A DNA stretch of 64,000 nucleotides from Amoeboaphelidium protococcarum X5 (GCA_023515725.1 JALDTO010000235.1:650778-714777); one strand, 5' to 3'; shown: positions 27,280 to 40,723, counted from the first letter of the stretch. The notes: generated from the letters alone by a model not told the origin. A program made the numbers and translations.

Positions 27280-28953
27280 TCAGTTTTTACTCATCAACAA
27301 ATCAATTTCACTTTTCAGTCTGTTCATGGTGTTGTTCACAAACATATCTGCACTGTTCTCGTTCAATGCACTTATAGACTCTGCAAAATCAGAGTACCGT
27401 CTCATCACGAGGTTCAGTTTGGCTTCAGGTAGAGACGATGGAATCTTCTTGATAGATGCAATATGTTGATCAACGACATACTGGAATCGCGGCCATAGTA
27501 ACAGATTCACTCCATTCAGAAAAGAGTCCAGCGCTGGAATCCGTCTGTTCTGCATAATTATTTGGCACTGCGCGGTAATACGAATACACAGCAATAGACC
27601 GACCGCATCAAAACTATTCATAACAATGGTCGAGATCATTTCCTACACAGACTTTATACTCTTACCGAACACCTACTGGAAAATCTCCTGAACCAATTAT
27701 TTTCCATTGTAATGGCCTTGAGTAAAAGAGTCGGGAGGGCGAAAGAACTCTGTAATAAAACTGTACTCAGATGATGCATTGTCGAGTAGTGTCCTGCATA
27801 CAGAGCGGAATACAGCTTCCACGAGATATTTAGCATTCTGTTCCTCCGCCACATGAGGGATAATCACAGGCGAATCCATGCTAGTTAGTTACTTGACTCT
27901 ATCACCCAAAATGAATGGACTTATTTTACCAGCCATGTTTGATAAAGCTGAAGTTCCCTTCCCAGTGGCCACCATCAACGCCTTTTTCAGATTCAATCCA
28001 GACTGGCCATCATCACTGCCGATTAGCTCCGTCTTATCTCCAACGGTTACAAGTGTTTTCTATAATCTACTCACGTACTTTCCAAATCTGGCACTGTAAT
28101 ACTACTACATAAGATACTCATACGTCAATCTAATTTCAGTCGAGGCTTCATGATGTCTCATCGAGATGAAGTGATTATAAGCCCGGAAATTTAGTAGCAT
28201 CTTCTAAACGACAGGAGCATTTGTATTCTGACTACCCAGTTACTGCAATCTCTCTAATAGAAAATGTCGGATACGCTCTGTAGCTTTCAAGCGCAACTTC
28301 TCCATCACTGGGCCAATGTCCTTGTAAGCTCTGATATGATTGTGCGAATGCGATTTGACGTAATTCATTTTACGGTTCAATTCGATTAGAGTATGCAGAT
28401 ACAAATCCCCATGCAGATCACCCTCACATAGCAGCTTAATCTCCTAAGGTGTCAGTAGAATACCTTCAATAACTGTGCCCATAGCTGCTTTGGCGGCCAG
28501 TCTATTCTTCAACTTGACAGACTTGCCAATCGAAATCTCTTGCAGTGCCTGAATATCATTCGACAGTTGAGCCAAATCACTTTAAAACCCATTCAATAGA
28601 CTCTCCATATTTTACAAAATCGCATCACTTCCTTTCACGTGCGTATACAATTCAGCCAGTTGAGTAGAATTCGCCACATGATTGTCAATCAAATGCTCTT
28701 CCTTTGCAGATAGCTCCTTCTTCAAACTAGCGATATGCTCTTTAACGTCGATTCCACTCTATGCAATACTATTAATGTACTCTTTATCGACTACACTCTC
28801 TTCATTCCCATGTTCATTATTATTATTTGGACTTTAAGAATCAGCATCCTAATCATTTTCAACTTTAAACAGAAAATTCAATACTGCTTAATCGTTAGTT
28901 GACAAGGATTGCACATTAGTAGTTCTTTACTGCTATTATGATTCCACTTCCAT
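27280..28953 (-). CDS. VPS52: GARP complex subunit Vps52 (557 aa to first TGA)
   Basis: DAILQNMESLLNGFQSDL..KLKNR, MEKLRLKATERIRHFL, VFRSVCRTLLDNASSEY, SFDAVGLLLCIRI, LLWPRFQ, RRYSDF. Confidence 0.92.
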
Positions 28954-29175
28954 TTATACAGAGATTATAAGATTTTAAAGTAATTAAATCAAGGATATAA
29001 AATCTACTCAGTGTTAGCACAAACGTTCCTGGCAGTCAAAATCAAGAAATGCAAATTCGTTTCAGTTTAAATCTGTTGAAAGGAATAAACGAACGTCTTT
29101 GTTTCATTGAAGACGTTCCACCCGCTCACGGATACAGTGTACCATTCATTAAGTTGAAGAAATCTTGAATAGAAT

Positions 29176-30837
29176 ATGCCATCTGCTTCTGGTGCAACTC
29201 TTACTTCATCTGCTTAAACTTTTACATAAAAGAGACGGAATAACTATGCGCAGAAGCTTATAGAGAATATGTTCTATCTGTTGATGACTGTGCTATGGCT
29301 GACATACGATGCTTTTGTTCAATGGTGGAGCTGGTTTAGAGTCAATGTGGTCACTATGCAAAGTCGACGAGATCATTTATTATACGTTCTGCAAAGAGCT
29401 CAGACTTACGACGAGTGGAAACAGATTGCTCATCACCTTGATGTTATCATGAACAATGATGATTATTGTAATGACCCCGTCTCGGTTGACTATGATTTTA
29501 GATTGATTTCCAAGCGATTGTCTCAACTCAGGAAAGCGCGATAATAGAATGATGTTCAAATGCTGATTTACCGACTTAGAGCTGGCCTTCTGCGGAATTT
29601 GGGTGGTATCACTGACGTAAAACTGTACTAGCGATCATTATTGAGAACAAAAAAGCTGATAGAGGAGTATATTGAAGAAGTTCTGGACTCTTTCCGTTAC
29701 GTGACGACCGTTCGCGATCCACAGCTCTCGTTTCAGAGTAAACTGGAATTCTTCGCCGATACGCGTCAATCTTTTGGCAACACGGCGCTCATTCTGCATG
29801 GCGGTGCAACTTTTGGTCTCTATCATCTGGGTGTGGCTAAATGTCTCTTTTATAATAATCTTCTACCTCGCGTCATTAGCAGCTCTTCCGTCGGTGCATT
29901 GGTGGCCGCGTTAGTTTGTGTCCACACTGACCAGGAACTGCCGGCTGTGTTTTAGGCGGAATGGCTTGACTTGCGGGCTTTTAAGAAGGTGGCCACGTCT
30001 GGTTAGATTTCGAGAAAGTTGTAGAGATTACTGAAAACTGGTCATCTTCTCGATGTTAATGTTTTGGATGAGTGTGTCAAGGACAATATTGGTGATATCA
30101 CGTTTGAAGAGGCGTTCTAAAGATCAAAGCGGATTTTGAATATTGTTGTGTCAACCGTGGAAAAGACGGACGTTCCCAAGTTGTTGAATTATCTTACGGC
30201 GCCTAATGTACTGGTTAGAACTGCTGCGATGGCCTCTTGTGCTGGTACTGGATTGTATGATTCTCTCCCTCTTCTAGCTAAGGATGCGAGAGGCTAGATA
30301 TACTAGTTTCATAAATAACACATTTAGTGGCGCGATGCTAGTGCAGATGAAGGCCCTACTATGCGGTTAACTGAACTGTTCAATGTCAATCATGTCATAA
30401 TGTCTCAGGCTAATCCGTTTGTTCTGCCTTTTGTCACTCAGCCTGCGATGACTAAGAATACTTTGACGCAGAAGTTGAGAACTTTAATAAGCATGGAAAT
30501 TAGACATCGATTGAACCAGGTAAGCTTATACTCGTTTATGAGTTTAAAAGTTATCATGAATATCCTGTAGCTAAATGATGTGGGACTTTTACCTCTCTTT
30601 ATGCGCGGAATAATTGACAAGAATATGATGGGAAATATTACAATCACACCAGAGGTTTCAATTCAAGATTATCGATTGGTGTTCTCCAATCCGTCAACTG
30701 ATCAACTGAGTAAATGGATAGTAAAAGGTGAGCAGGCCACCTGGCGATATTTGAATCTCATATACCATCGTCTGGTGATTGAACTAGAACTTGATAGAAT
30801 TCTTCTCAGCTTGAAAGCATCAAATAGTAATACATGA
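29176..30837 (+). CDS. Patatin-like triacylglycerol lipase (TGL3/4-like); intron 30520-30570
   Basis: AQTYDEWK..LD, LRNLGGI, RQSFGNTALILHGGATFGLYHLGV, GDITFEEAF, LLNYLTAPNVLV, ELFNVNHVIMSQANP. Confidence 0.93.
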
Positions 30838-31355
30838 TGCTGTGTTGTGAAGCTGACACGAAAAGGTAACGCGTGTATTAATGAATCTTGAGTCATGGAC
30901 TGCCGAACTACCTTTGAGCAGGTGGCTTAATGAATATTTTCTGAGCCTGTCGTTTAAAAATTACCAAATATGCACACTTTCCGGTGTAAGGGCCATAATA
31001 AGGATATTCAGCTAAACAACTCTTCAATCACACGCGTATGTGCTTACACCAGCTCTCGCCAGCGATCATCCCTAACATCCTTACTTTTCTACGCGCGCGT
31101 GTGAAAAATCAGTAAGTGTCATAGTCCTGGTCTCAAAATCCCACCATATATTTGAAGTTATGATATCACAGTGCGCGCCACACCAAAATGGTTCTCCATT
31201 TCTCATCTTATATTTGCAGACGCTCAAATATAAGATACTGTAATTCTATGCACTACAACTTGAAACCGGGAAATGAAATCCGTAAATCTACTCGTTATCT
31301 TAAACTAGAAAAAGCATCAAATTTGGATAGATCAACCAGAAATCTTAATATCATC

Positions 31356-32114
31356 ATGGCAGATTCATTGGAAGACAACCTGCTGTTAGACTAGGACTCA
31401 ACAAAGCTAGTGCCCGTATATGATGAAGAAGTCATCGCGTCTGGCACGCAACTATAATCTGATAACGATAATAGCAAAAAGCGTAAGAAAACTACAAAGT
31501 CGGATAAGTCTGTATAGAAGACTAAAAAGCAAAAGAAGAGTATATATGGAAAGTAATTCGATAATAAAGATGATTTTACGTCATATATTTTAGATGTTGC
31601 CAAAGAAAATCTATCGACGCTGGATAGTCAATTATTTGAAGAGTAAATAGACTAGTTCGTGACACCATTTGATCAGTCCACGCGTTTGTCTGATCTAATC
31701 ACTAGATCAACAGAGAAAAATAATGTCAAGACTATAATACTATGCTCTGGAGCATTGCGATGCATTGAAGTCATAAAATAGTTCAAAGAGTAAAAGTTAA
31801 AGACTGCTAAATGCTTCGCCAGACATATGAAAGTGGACGAATAATTAAACTATATATCTGGTTCAGCAGTGGATGTAGCTGTCGGTACACCTAATCGCGT
31901 TCTTTAGCTACTTAATAAGAACGCGTTCGATAACGTTGACAGAATAATCATCGACATGAACAAAGATGTCAAGGATCGCACTATCCTCGATCTGCCTGAA
32001 TGTAAGCGCGATCTTGTTCTTCTGTTATCCTCTAGCTGCACACGCGCCTTTGACTCTCAGCGTAATCTGAAAATACAGTGGCTGAATAATGATTACGAAT
32101 TTGGCAGTAAATGA
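31356..32114 (+). CDS. CMS1: CMS1/CMSS1 ribosome-biogenesis protein (252 aa)
   Basis: MADSLEDNLLLD; ILCSGALRCIEV; AKCFARHMKVDEQ; VAVGTPNRV; IIIDMNKDVKDRTILDLPE. Confidence 0.88.
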
Positions 32115-32558
32115 AATAAAGATTATTGAAATATGATTTATTAAGTTTCCCCGCTTGTGCCACCATCAGTATTTTAAGCATGTATCATTCAAAGTAAACA
32201 ACATTCGTCTGCAACAAAGCGGGCGCCAAGGAACCGCCGCGAGAAAACGGAGACTCCCGCTTAAGGGCGAATAGTAAGCGCACATTCACTTTTTAGCCGA
32301 TCGGTTCTGGTGCAGCGCGCGCCATCTTTTATGAACATTTCCCGACTTCCTATCTCATCGGATAGAAACTCTAATAAAAAGCTTCACCTTGGTCTATTTA
32401 GCTAGCGCATTAAGAATAAAGTCTTGGTCCATATACTGCTGACATACTACTACTATTACTACTACAAATTCTTTTAATATTATAGCTATATATTAATAAC
32501 AATCTCCAATTTGGTGTTATCTTATCCGTATACAGTCAATATTACTCCAATTTACACA

Positions 32559-32957
32559 ATGTCTGATATAGTTGATATGAATATATTTTCGGAAGTCTTG
32601 CAAATGGACGATCCTGATGATAACTCCTTCTCACAGTCACTGGTGGAATAGTTTTTTGGTCAGGCTGCAGAAACTATAGCTATTATCAAGGATGCATTTG
32701 CTAAGCAAGACTATGCTCAAGTTTCCCGCCTAGGACACTTCTTGAAGGGCAGCGCTTCGGCTCTCGGAATCACAAAGCTCAAAAGCACTTGCGAGAAGAT
32801 TTAGCATTGCGGTGAATAGAAAGAAGGTACTCCTTTTAGTGGAATGTCTGTTGACTAATGTGCTCTTAAATTATAGGAGATGATCAAAGATTTGGATATC
32901 TAGGCTGCTGAGGCCAAGATACATTTCAAGAAGCAGCTGGGATACAAAGATCTGTGA
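32559..32957 (+). CDS. YPD1: Histidine phosphotransfer (HPt) protein, 132 aa
   Basis: VDMNIFSEVLQMDD..FSQSLVEQFFGQA..LGHFLKGSASALG..CEKIQH; not in the ORF track. Confidence 0.93.
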
Positions 32958-33105
32958 GAGAAAGCGGTTATTATAGATATTTGCTACTTGATTTACGCGT
33001 ATTTTAACTTTAAACCAGTAGTATAGATCTTGATAAGACAAAGCATTTTATTGCAATAGTTCATTAAAGGAGCTATGGGCGTCGAGAATCAATAGTAAAG
33101 CTTAA

Positions 33106-34182
33106 TCAGTAATACCAGTGGAGGAAGAGGAGAGTGAGTGATAGTACAAGAAAGTACAAGAGAACAAAGTTACGCCATGTCACGCCATATTGCAAAGTCT
33201 TCTTAAGTACCACGTTGCCCTTTTTCACGGTATCAGTCGTATAGTGAGCCTCGGTATAGAGATAATTAATCTGCTCAGCCTGAGATCCAATATGACTTTC
33301 CAACTAAGTTTGCAATTGACTAATCTCAAGCAACGTTCTCTCGGTTTACCTACAGATATTTTATCACATTACGATCGAGAATATCATATAATGTTCTAAA
33401 AAGCTATCAAGTTCTTACTAGACTTAAGTTTCCATTGCGAGTAGATCCTCAAGCATCTCAGCATTCTCTAGTTCCAACATTTATCGTTCTTTAGAGGAGA
33501 GCTGTTATGCAGGATCATCTTCAGCAGCCACCTGATCATCGTCATTTAATTGTTGCATTGAGTAGAAACTACAAAGAGTTGATGATGGCGTTATAATCAC
33601 ACATATTCTTGACGCATATATTACTCTTATTATAAGTTCTAGCTATCACCTAGGTGAGAAATATCGCGAGACATCCTATCCTCTTACTCGGCAATGATTT
33701 ACTTTGATAAAATAGCCAGCTACTCGGTCAATATTTGACATACTATAGTCCAGTGTGCGGATCTGACTTTATGATGAGATTGCAGTACCTGCGTCTAACT
33801 TTCAAGGCGACTAACACGAGCGACACTTTGCTTTATAAACAGATTAACCTGCTAATCAATGACCAAAGCATCACTTATAATTTGCTGTCTAGCTTTACTT
33901 TTCCCAATCTACTACAGCTGAGCAACTTTGGACTACTTTAGCAGACGTTACATGTTCTCAATACCACGAAGCTACACAAGCAAGATTGAACGCGCGCTAA
34001 ATTGCAATAAAGCTAAAGCAAGATATACTTACAATATCAGTAGACTCTTTAACAATCTCAGATGAACGTTCGCCGCTTGAGTGAGACAATGGCTGCAAAA
34101 TTACCCGTTAGATTTACTCTGGATCTGTCGAGAGCTTTCGCAGACAATCGCGATAATCAGAAGTTCTATCAACGGCAATCAT
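33106..34182 (-). CDS. ER t-SNARE syntaxin-18/Ufe1-like; introns 33972-34032 and 33350-33418
   Basis: MIAVDRTSDY; LELENAEML..QTERTLLEISQLQ..QAEQI..KKGNVVL; C-terminal TM FVLLYFLVLSLTLLFLHWYY. Confidence 0.88.
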
Positions 34183-34441
34183 ACCCACAATACAGATTCG
34201 TTGCTTGAGCGACAAATGACTGACTGACCGTTACTTGATGACAAAACATTTACTCTGAGAGGGAGAGAAAGAGGAGCAGAGAATTTACTGTGCAGCATTG
34301 CTCTAAGAAGAAACGACGCGACAAGAATCCCGTTTCACTTCGCGCGCGTTGTTTCAAGATTGCATTGGAATTGTCTCACCAATCTTGTCTGTACTTGAGT
34401 ACTCAAAAGATATACAATATTCTGCGTATAGAGTTACATAT

Positions 34442-36704
34442 ATGAATAAGAACACAAGTGGTAGCATTCAGTCTTAGACTGCATCCAAACTCAAGCCTCC
34501 GTCCTCGGTCAAAAAGGTAATTCTGTCTATTGAACTCCTACAATCTTTGTAATATACAACATACTTTGTATGTAGATTTTAAATCACGCTGATAAAGAGA
34601 ATGGCCCACCTTCTACTAAACTAACTAATTCAAAATTAAATATAAATATTAAAGACATTGTTCCATGCAGTAAGCCATTGTAAAAGCCCAAAACTATTGC
34701 CAAAACAATCCTTGGTTAGTCAGGCGGGTAATAAGTCAAGACTAAGCCTATCGCCAAGGCTACTGCTAAGAATGTTAATCCTCCTGTAACTTCATCATAA
34801 ACTTGCAGTGCCACTTCAAAGAGACCTGGTTGGGATATCAAAGGAAAGCTTCAAGATGCTGAAGCCAAGGTGGTTAGTCTAAATAGCTAGAATCAAGCTC
34901 TCTTGGCGTAGACTTTATAGTTGCAGCAGGAGATCGAGACTGAGATTAGCAAGTCTAAGATGGTGCAAGATGAGCGAGATGGTTTATAATCTCAACATTC
35001 TTCATTGGTCTTAGAGCTATCACATCTCAAATAGTTGCTTAATGAGAAGGTGGCTGTTTTAGATGTGTTGAAGCGTGAGCACGAAGATGAAATTTAATTT
35101 CTGATGACAAAAAGTAAAGAATAGCTGCAGTAGTTAGAGATGGAGAATGATCAGTTCAAAGTCAACTTGTCTGAACTCAATATTTAACTTACTGTCTTAC
35201 AGTCTAAGAATGTTGACTTATCGGTATGAATTATAACCATATACGCGTTACTTGATAAATAGTTTGATTGACTTGTAGGAGCAGTTATAAAATTTCCAGA
35301 GAAGTGGTAGAGATATGAAGTTACAGTTCGATGTTCTTAAGGTGGAGTACGAGGTGAGATTTATTGTTCAGTTATAACCAACATGATAATTCATTGATTG
35401 TAGGACAAGTTTGAACAGAATAAACGTCATAAAGGTCAACTGGAAGACGCGAATGTAAAAATACTGCAGCTTAATGAACAGCTGATAAAAGAAGAGTAGT
35501 AAAGACGGTATCTGCATAATCTGGTACAAGAGCTGAAAGGCAACATCAGAGTGTTTTGTCGTATTCGCCCTCCTTTGGCAGAAGAAAACCAAGACTTGTC
35601 TCATATAAACTTATCCCTTGTGGATGAAGGTTCTGTTGCATTTATGCAAGTCTGCGTAAGAATGATATACTTATGCCTCTTAAACTTTGATATTATGATC
35701 AAGATTGTAGGAGAGTGCTGATGGTTAGCGGACTAATGTCAAAGAGAATTTATTCCAATTTGACACGACATTTCCGATTAATTGTACATAGAGCCAAGTT
35801 TTTGATGAAGTATCTCAGTTAATATAATCCGCATGTGATGGTTACAATGTTTGTATATTTGCATATGGTCAGACTGGATCTGGTAAGTGTTCTATGTTTC
35901 CGTAAAGCTATATCGAAAATACTTAAATTTGTAGGCAAATCATTTACAATGGAAGGGAATATGAATAGCCCCGATCAGTTTGGAGTTATACCACGTTCGG
36001 CTCAGCTGATTTGGAATCATGCCTAAAAATTGAGAGATCTTGGATGGGAATTTGAGTTTTCTGGTTCATATTTGGAGATTTATAACGAGCAGCTGTATGA
36101 TCTTTTAAGATCTGATTACGCACATTCTGATAACAGCGAGAAATTAAGCATAAAATTAGACTCTGATCATGAGATATACGTGGCTGGATAATCACAAGTG
36201 CCATTGCTGTCAGAGAAGGATGTTTTGAAGATGATTACTAATGCGTCCAAGAATCGCAGAGTGGCCGAGACTTTGTGTAATGAGCGCTCTTCCAGAAGTC
36301 ATTCTGTGTTCACGCTCAACATCAAGGCGCGTAACTCTGGAGCTGATGAAACGTTATATGGATCTTTAAACTTGATTGATCTGGCCGGTTCTGAGAGATT
36401 GGCAAAGAGTGGTGCTACTGGGGATCGATTGAAAGAGACACAGGCCATTAATAAAAGTTTGAGTGCACTTGGAGATGTTATCATGGCTCTATCGCGTGGA
36501 GATTCTCACATCCCCTACCGTAATTCTAAGCTTACTCATCTACTGTAGAGTAAGCTGGGTGGAAATTCGAAGGTGCTCATGTTTGTCAATGTTTCACCAG
36601 GCGCAGAGAATATAAGCGAAAGTATCAACACTTTGAGATTTGCCACCAAAGTTAATAATTGCCACATAGGAGTTGCTAAGAGATAAACATTATAATACTA
36701 GTGA
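34442..36704 (+). CDS. Kinesin-14 (KAR3/KIFC1-like) C-terminal motor; 5 introns (34517-34575, 35224-35278, 35354-35403, ~35656-35710, 35883-35934)
   Basis: [11 protein letters not shown]; coiled coil; [23 protein letters not shown]; GQTGSGKSFTM; NERSSRSH; LIDLAGSER; [10 protein letters not shown]. Confidence 0.95.
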
Positions 36705-36807
36705 TGAAAATTGTTTTTGAATTTTGGGAATAAATGGTATAAGAATTTTTAAGTGATCATAGCAAATCTTTAATTTTTTTCTCTCCCACCAAACAGGAAG
36801 ATTTGTG

Positions 36808-37467
36808 ATGACGTTGTCGATACGTATCCCTTTTATAAAAGCTTTAAATTAGTACCATCTCTAAAGGCGCATGGTATCATTTAATGCTAGAAACCCGTTT
36901 GAACATTATGAAAATTTATAGCTTAAACCAGATGCATCTCTAAGGAGGAAAGACATTAAAGAGAAATATGCACAACTTGCGTAGATATGGCATCCCGACA
37001 AGAATCAAGATGAGAATGCTGCCACCTAATTTGCATGTATCACAGAGTCGTATAAAATACTTAGCGATCCAGATAGAAAGAGAGAATATGATACCTGGAT
37101 CTAGTCTGTGGGACGGCCGAGGTCTCCTTTAACTAGTAGTGGTATTAATGATTAGCGATAGTACTCACCGTTTGGTACAAGTCGCGAGGACGATGAGCGA
37201 TATGTAGATCACAAGGCTCAAGAGTACGCGAAAATGCGATATCAATAGAACGCTCGACATGGCCGATACCATGCTCATTAGCATCAGATGCCTCCATAGT
37301 ACTAGGATCCGACGGATATTAGGTGGAAGAAGGCGCAACAACAAACACAACCGGAGAATGATAGAATAAACGCCATGAGGTCTCAACTCTCAGCGGACAA
37401 TCTAAAGTTAGCTCTTGCGTTTGGGGCCATATTAGCCTACTCTGTCCTGACTATTAGATTTTCATGA
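36808..37467 (+). CDS. DnaJ-domain protein with C-terminal TM, possibly mitochondrial (219 aa)
   Basis: HYENLQL..KDIKEKYAQLAQIWHPDKN..FACITESYKILSDPDRKREYD; basic N-terminal leader; TM LALAFGAILAYSVL. Confidence 0.88.
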
Positions 37468-37696
37468 TGTTCATATATAGATAGATTTTTTTTTGAATTT
37501 TACCATATATATAACTTATTGTGGCTGTTCTCATTGCAAAATCAGTTTAATTGCCTAAATTGTGGTGCTATTTTTAATCGCATTGCGCCAAATCAACATC
37601 GAAATTCACAGATATTATCACCTTTTCCATGTATCAGAGCTCACATTGTTGTCATAAAATTAAGATAAATAATATCGAGTTGTGAATAAAAAATAA

Positions 37697-39563
37697 ATGA
37701 GGTAGGCTGTGTATTTTATTTCTTCAGGTAGAACTCCTAGTATCATTGTTATATTGTAGTGAAATTCCTTTGATTTCAGTTTACGCCCAGGCGTTGTACA
37801 GTGATGGTCAATGGCGCCCATTCTCTGCTGGTTACAGCCAATTGATCTTGTATGGAAACAAAGATGCGCACACCTATCGCTTGATAGGCCGTAATGTTGA
37901 CGATAATCAGTTCATAATCAATTCCTAGTTCACTGCCACTGGAGTTCAGTATCAGCAGGCGTCGGATACGTTTCATCAGTACTCAGATGGCACGAATGTC
38001 TATGGATTCAACTTCTATCAGCAGGATGATGCTCGCCAGTTTGCCGAAGCTTGTAATGCAGCTTTGAAAGACTTGGCCACTCCATAACCTGCCCCACCAC
38101 CGGCTATGCCACCACCAGCTATGCCGCCTGCAATGAATAAGTTGCCAGCTGCATCATCTACTGGTAGTAAGTTTGGAGCACAGGCTGCCGCTGCTCAAAG
38201 TAATCCCGCTCCAGCTCCATCTAGTGGTGGTGGTGGACCCCCACCTCCTCCTCCACCTGCGCCTGCTGCAAGTGTTGATGTTGATGATTCCGCCGCAGCT
38301 GGTAATGGTTTGGCAGCTGCTCTCTCTGGCGTAAAGCTGAAGAAATCCTCAGCACCGCCTCCTAAAGAAGACTCCCCAAGTCATGGCGGTGGTAATGCCA
38401 AGGCTCCAGCTCCGTCTGGTGGCGGCGGCGGAGGTCTTATGGGCGAAATGGCTGCAAAATTGGGTAAACGCACTCAGATTGCAGACCCAGCCCCAGCTGC
38501 ATCAACGGGATCAAGTGGCTCGCTCGCTTCTAAATTGGGATCTGCACCACCTAATACGTTGGCGGGAGCTTTGAAGGCGAAGAATATGAACTCTTCAGCA
38601 TCAAACGCGTCCATGAGCGAGTCCAAGTAGGAAGAAGCTGCTCCGGAAGTAAAAAAGTTTCCTTTGAACAAGTTTGGCCAGCCAGCTGCATAACCAGCAG
38701 CAGCTCCTCCTGTCGAGAAGGAGCCAGAAGCACCAAAGTCCAAATTTCCGGGATTAAAGGTTGGTAATAAAGCTGCTGCTGCCGCTCCAGCTGCTGAGGA
38801 AGAAAAGGAGCCAGAGAAGCCAAAGTTTGGCCCACCTGGCGGCAACAAGTTTGGTGGTGCAACCAAGTTTGGTACACCAGCTCCACCGCCACAGGCTGAA
38901 CCACCCAAAGTTGAAGAATAGGAGGAGAAACCAGCATTTGGCAATAAATTCTAATCTGCTCTGAACAAGAATCATCCACCTAAAGAGGAAGAAGTCCCTC
39001 CTCCAGCTGCCGATTTCCCAAAAAGCAAGTTTGGAAACGGTAAGTTTCCATCTGCATTGCCTGATAGCAAGTTTCCGCCACCGTCTTCGGTTAATAACTC
39101 TGCTAAAAGCTTGCCACCACCAGCTTCTATCCCTCCACCGATGGCTAAAGCAATAAGCCCGTTATAAGCTGAGCCATAGAACGCTGATGCTGCAGATGAA
39201 GATGACTGGGAATCTTCGCCTCCAAAGAAGGGCGCGCCTGGTAAATTTCCGTTCGGTAATAGTAAGGCCAGCAATAATACGTCTGACAGCTACGGCGGTT
39301 CTGCTGCAAAGAATGCTGATCATGATTCTTCATAGGATGTGCATCATTCGGCGTCCCCATTTGGAGCTACTAAAGAATCGCTGAAATCTAGCCGTAAAGA
39401 ATTGCCGTCTGGTAACGATGGAATGTCAGCAGAGCAATTCCAGTAACTGAAGGAAGAGATGGTGAGTGTTGTCAAGTCTGAGATGTAGAAGGTCAAGGCG
39501 GAGATTGAAGACACACTACGCTCTGAGATTGCACAGCTCCTCAAAACTTTGATGGGCAATTGA
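37697..39563 (+). CDS. Ena/VASP-family actin elongation factor (EVH1, poly-Pro, EVH2), 602 aa; intron 37702-37759
   Basis: MS|EIPLISVYAQ..QWRP..TYRLIGR..TFHQY..VYGFNF; GPPPPPPP; GLAAALSGVKLKK (GAB); GGGLMGEMAAKLGKR (FAB); C-terminal coiled coil LKEEMVSVVKSEMQKVKAEI. Confidence 0.88.
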
Positions 39564-39686
39564 TCAATAGCGAAGTAGGTATAAACGATGAACAAAAGAA
39601 ATATAGTTGATGGAATTTAAATCTAACAGTGGCTTACGAATTAATCACGCCATTTTCCATTTTCAATCGACGCGACCGTTCGTTGA

Positions 39687-40723
39687 ATGATTTTGAAATT
39701 ACGCAGCAGTCGCTTTTAAACTTCAGCTCTACACTCTGTAGCAACACGAAACTTTTATCGCTAGATGACTTACACTACTAGAACTGTTGGTGCACCAAAC
39801 TCTTTGGATTACCGTCTATACATTGGTAGGATTTCCTTTTGCGTGGTTGTAAACATTTTACGTGATGTTACCCATTATAATGCGTGTATGTAGAGAAGGA
39901 CGGTAAGGCAGTCTCGGCGTTCCATGACATTCCTCTGTACGCTAATGCGGAAAAGACTGTGCTTAACATGGTGGTGGAGATTCCTCGCTGGACCAACGCT
40001 AAATTGGAGATTAGCAAGGCGGATGCATTGAACCCAATCAAGTAGGATGTGAAGAAGGGCAAGTTGCGCTTCGTCAAGAATTGCTTCCCGCATCACGGTT
40101 ACATCTGGAACTATGGCGCATTTCCATAGACTTGGGAGGATCCTAACCATGTGCATCCGGAGACTAAGGCTATTGGTGACAATGATCCACTGGATGTTGT
40201 GGAGATTGGCGAACGTGTCGGTCACATTGGACAAGTTAAACAGGTGAAAGTATTAGGTGTAGTTGCACTTCTGGATGAGGGCGAGACTGATTGGAAGGTG
40301 ATCACGATCGATGTCACTGACCCTCAGGCAGATAAGGTGAATGACATTGAGGATGTGGAAAAAGTATTCCCTGGACTGTTGAAAGCCACTACTGAATGGT
40401 TCCGCATCTACAAAATTCCAGATGGCAAGCCAGCTAATGTTTTCGCTTTCAACGGCGACGCGAAGAATCGTGATTACGCTCTCAATGTCGTGGCTGAGAC
40501 TAACGAAGCCTGGAGGAAGTTGATTACCAAGGCTATCCCTAACAAGAGCGACAAGTATGATATTTAGACCGTTAATGTGAATGTCAAAGATAGTCCGTAC
40601 TTGGTTGACACCGCTTCGGCTGAGTATGGTAAAATTGCTCCAACTGCCTAGTAGCTGACTGCTAATCCTGTTGATCCTGCTATTCACAAATGGTACTTTA
40701 TCAAGGGAGATTCTAGCCTTTGA
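39687..40723 (+). CDS. IPP1: Family I inorganic pyrophosphatase; alternative ATG 39765; intron 39826-39893
   Basis: [50 protein letters not shown] (Q=TAG), [22 protein letters not shown]. Confidence 0.97.

Noticed and set aside
30840-32560. tRNA or other ncRNA in GC-richer intergenic patches
   Set aside because: No cloverleaf or T-loop (GTTCRA with stems) recognisable by eye; tRNAscan-SE/Infernal would be needed to exclude them.
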